From assembly GCA_965248695.1 (NCBI GenBank), contig CBDFKD010000002.1, positions 1,536,001 to 1,600,000 of the forward strand: a DNA stretch of 64,000 nucleotides, read 5' to 3'. Shown in pieces: positions 61,809 to 64,000 of the stretch. The translations under genes were made by a program, and so were the position numbers. The notes beneath the pieces are model-generated. The model searched no databases. It saw only the letters and a list, made by a program, of their open reading frames with translations, and was not told where the DNA came from. Source of the DNA: Acidobacteriota bacterium (GTDB lineage Bacteria > Acidobacteriota > UBA890 > WLXD01). Each line of letters opens with the position of its first letter. Position 1 is the stretch's first letter.

Positions 61809-63121
61809 AGCTACGCACGATTGGATCGACGATGGCAGCGGTTGTCCTCGTACTTTCGGGCACGACAGCGTCCGCGCAGCAGGAAGCTCTGGTGCTGCAG
61901 GGTGGTCGAGTCCACCCGATGGTGGATGAGAGCGTCATCGACAACGGCACGGTGGTCGTCCAGAACGGCCGCATTACCGCGGTTGGCGGTGCCGACACCG
62001 CGGTCCCGGTCGGAGCGCGGGTGATCGACGTCAGCGGCAAGCACGTCTTCCCCGGCTTTTTCGACGCCGTTACGAGCCTGGGCCTCACGGAGATCGGTGC
62101 CGTCGCCGTCACCTCCGACTTTCGCGAGCTCGGTGACAACAACCCGCAGCTGCAGGGAGCGACGGCCGTCCATCCCGCCAGCGAGATCCTGCCGGTGAGC
62201 CGCTCCAACGGCCTTACGCACGCGGTGGCCGCGCCGCAGGGCGCCGGCATCGCCGGACAGGGCTCACTGATCCACCTGGACGGCTGGACGGTTGAAGAGA
62301 TGCTCATCGATGCCGGCGTGTACATGTCGGTACGGTGGCCCACCGTGCAAACGCGCGGCTTCGACCGGGCGACGCGGACGCGCATCAACCGCACCTACCA
62401 AGAGGCGCGGGAGCTGTACGACGAGTCGATCGCCGATCTGGAGGCGCTGCTCGCCGACGCGCGTCGCTACGCCGTCGCCGACGTCGGCGACGATCCGACG
62501 CGACGCAATCTGAAGCTCGAGGCGCTGGCCCGGGTAACCACCGGTGACATGCCGATGCTGATCAACGTCAACAGCGAACGTGGCATCCACGGCAGTATCG
62601 ATTTCGCCGAGCGCAACGATATCCGTATCATCCTTGCCGGCGGACGCGACGCCTGGAAGATCGCCGAAACGCTGGCCGAGCGCGACATTGCGGTAATCCT
62701 CGGCCCGACGCAGGCGCTGCCGAGCGGAGCCGACGATCCATACGACACTCCGTTCACCACACCCGCGAAGCTACATGCGGCCGGCGTACGGTTCGCCATC
62801 TCCACCTTCAACGCCTCCGCCGCGCGAACGCTCCCCTATGAGGCGGCGCAGGCGGTTCCGTTCGGACTGTCGCATCACGAGGCAATTCGCGCCATCACCA
62901 TCAACCCGGCCGAGATTCTCGGCGTCGCCGACCAGCTGGGGACCATCGAGGTGGGCAAGCTCGCCAACCTGCTGGTGAGCGACGGTGACCCGCTCGAAAC
63001 GACGACTCAGATCGAGCACGTCGTAATCGCCGGGCTGGCCGTGGATCCGAAAGACAACAAGCACGATCGGCTGTACGAGCGCTACAGCGGACGGCCGCGC
63101 CGAACAGGAGCGCAGCAATGA
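61805..63121 (+). CDS. Secreted amidohydrolase family protein
   Basis: PGFFDA, TINPAEILG, GTIEVGKLANL; ATGA overlap with upstream gene. Confidence 0.88.
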   Translation: MKLRTIGSTMAAVVLVLSGTTASAQQEALVLQGGRVHPMVDESVIDNGTVVVQNGRITAVGGADTAVPVGARVIDVSGKHVFPGFFDAVTSLGLTEIGAVAVTSDFRELGDNNPQLQGATAVHPASEILPVSRSNGLTHAVAAPQGAGIAGQGSLIHLDGWTVEEMLIDAGVYMSVRWPTVQTRGFDRATRTRINRTYQEARELYDESIADLEALLADARRYAVADVGDDPTRRNLKLEALARVTTGDMPMLINVNSERGIHGSIDFAERNDIRIILAGGRDAWKIAETLAERDIAVILGPTQALPSGADDPYDTPFTTPAKLHAAGVRFAISTFNASAARTLPYEAAQAVPFGLSHHEAIRAITINPAEILGVADQLGTIEVGKLANLLVSDGDPLETTTQIEHVVIAGLAVDPKDNKHDRLYERYSGRPRRTGAQQ

Positions 63122-64000
63122 ATCTCCGCATCCGGCAACCGAGAGCTCGCTATCTATCTACCGCGCTGCTGTTCGGTCTCGTTTCGATAGCCGGTCTCGC
63201 GGCCGCTTGCGCCCCAGGGTCAACGAGCAGCTCCGACCTCGACGGCTCGCTGGCCGACGACAGCATCGAGTTTCGCGAAGCGTGGATTCCGATGCCGGAC
63301 GGTGTGCGGCTGGCTGCCGACCTCTGGATTCCCGAAGGCGGAGAGGCCGACGCGACCTATCCGGTGCTGCTCGAATACCTCCCCTACCGCAAGAACGAAT
63401 CACGATCGCGCAACTACTCGATGAACTCGTACTTCGTCGAGCGCGGCTACGTCGTTGCCCGGGTCGACATCCGCGGCAGCGGCGTTAGCGAGGGCAAGCT
63501 GATCGAGTACGAGTACACCGATCAGGAGCAGGAGGACGGCGAGGTCGTGATCGACTGGTTGTCGAAGCTGCCGTATTCCAACGGCAACGTCGGCATGTTC
63601 GGGATCTCGTGGGGTGGCTTCAACTCCATCCACATGGCGATGCGCAACCCGCCGGCGCTCAAGGCGATCATCGCCATTGAGGCCACCGACGATCTGTACG
63701 AGGACGACGTCCACTACATGGACGGCAACGCTCACATCGACGCCTACGAGGCCGGCCAGGATCTGGCCAACGTCGTGCCGGCGGCGCCCGACTACATCAT
63801 CAACGAGGAGTACTACGCGAATCGTTTCGACACCAAGCCGTGGATGCTGATCTACAAGCAGCAGCAACTGGACGGGCCGTTCTGGGACCGGGGGTCGCTG
63901 AACACGCGCTACGACTCGATCAAGATCCCGACCTTCGTAATCGGTGGCTGGTACGACGGCTACCGCGATTCCGTGCCGCGCATGCTGGAGCACATGGACG
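63118..64000 (+). CDS. CocE/NonD family hydrolase lipoprotein (partial)
   Basis: Manual translation: lipobox LAAAC, IPMPDGVRLAADL, PVLLEYLPYRK, GMFGISWGG, GGWYDGY. Confidence 0.88.
   Translation, partial: MNLRIRQPRARYLSTALLFGLVSIAGLAAACAPGSTSSSDLDGSLADDSIEFREAWIPMPDGVRLAADLWIPEGGEADATYPVLLEYLPYRKNESRSRNYSMNSYFVERGYVVARVDIRGSGVSEGKLIEYEYTDQEQEDGEVVIDWLSKLPYSNGNVGMFGISWGGFNSIHMAMRNPPALKAIIAIEATDDLYEDDVHYMDGNAHIDAYEAGQDLANVVPAAPDYIINEEYYANRFDTKPWMLIYKQQQLDGPFWDRGSLNTRYDSIKIPTFVIGGWYDGYRDSVPRMLEHMD

Overview
High-GC bacterial chromosome segment, probably Acidobacteriota (inferred from VWA-domain proteins, a BNR/VPS10-type hydrolase and many secreted amidohydrolases). Most of it is housekeeping and secreted-hydrolase genes: ileS (type 2), rpmG, argF, sdaA, pepE, pepQ, malic enzyme, a selD fusion, a cobalamin riboswitch with btuB, SCO/PCuAC, GH99-like and GH109 hydrolases, and vapBC. 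The main finding is a complete 3,355-bp IS1595-family element (47617-50971) with perfect 22-bp terminal inverted repeats (TIRs) and an 8-bp target duplication AATAACTT. It carries an unknown ORF, an XRE-HTH/IrrE-ImmA metallopeptidase fusion and a tRNA with leucine-type identity elements but an alanine anticodon (UGC). This is a candidate mobile, regulated Ala-to-Leu mistranslation module. Also present: two copies of a ~280-bp CTAG-flanked structured MITE with compensatory substitutions, a probable collapsed 25-bp footprint of it, and an AT-rich oriC-like segment with no dnaA nearby. All calls come from reading motifs by eye; no searches were run.
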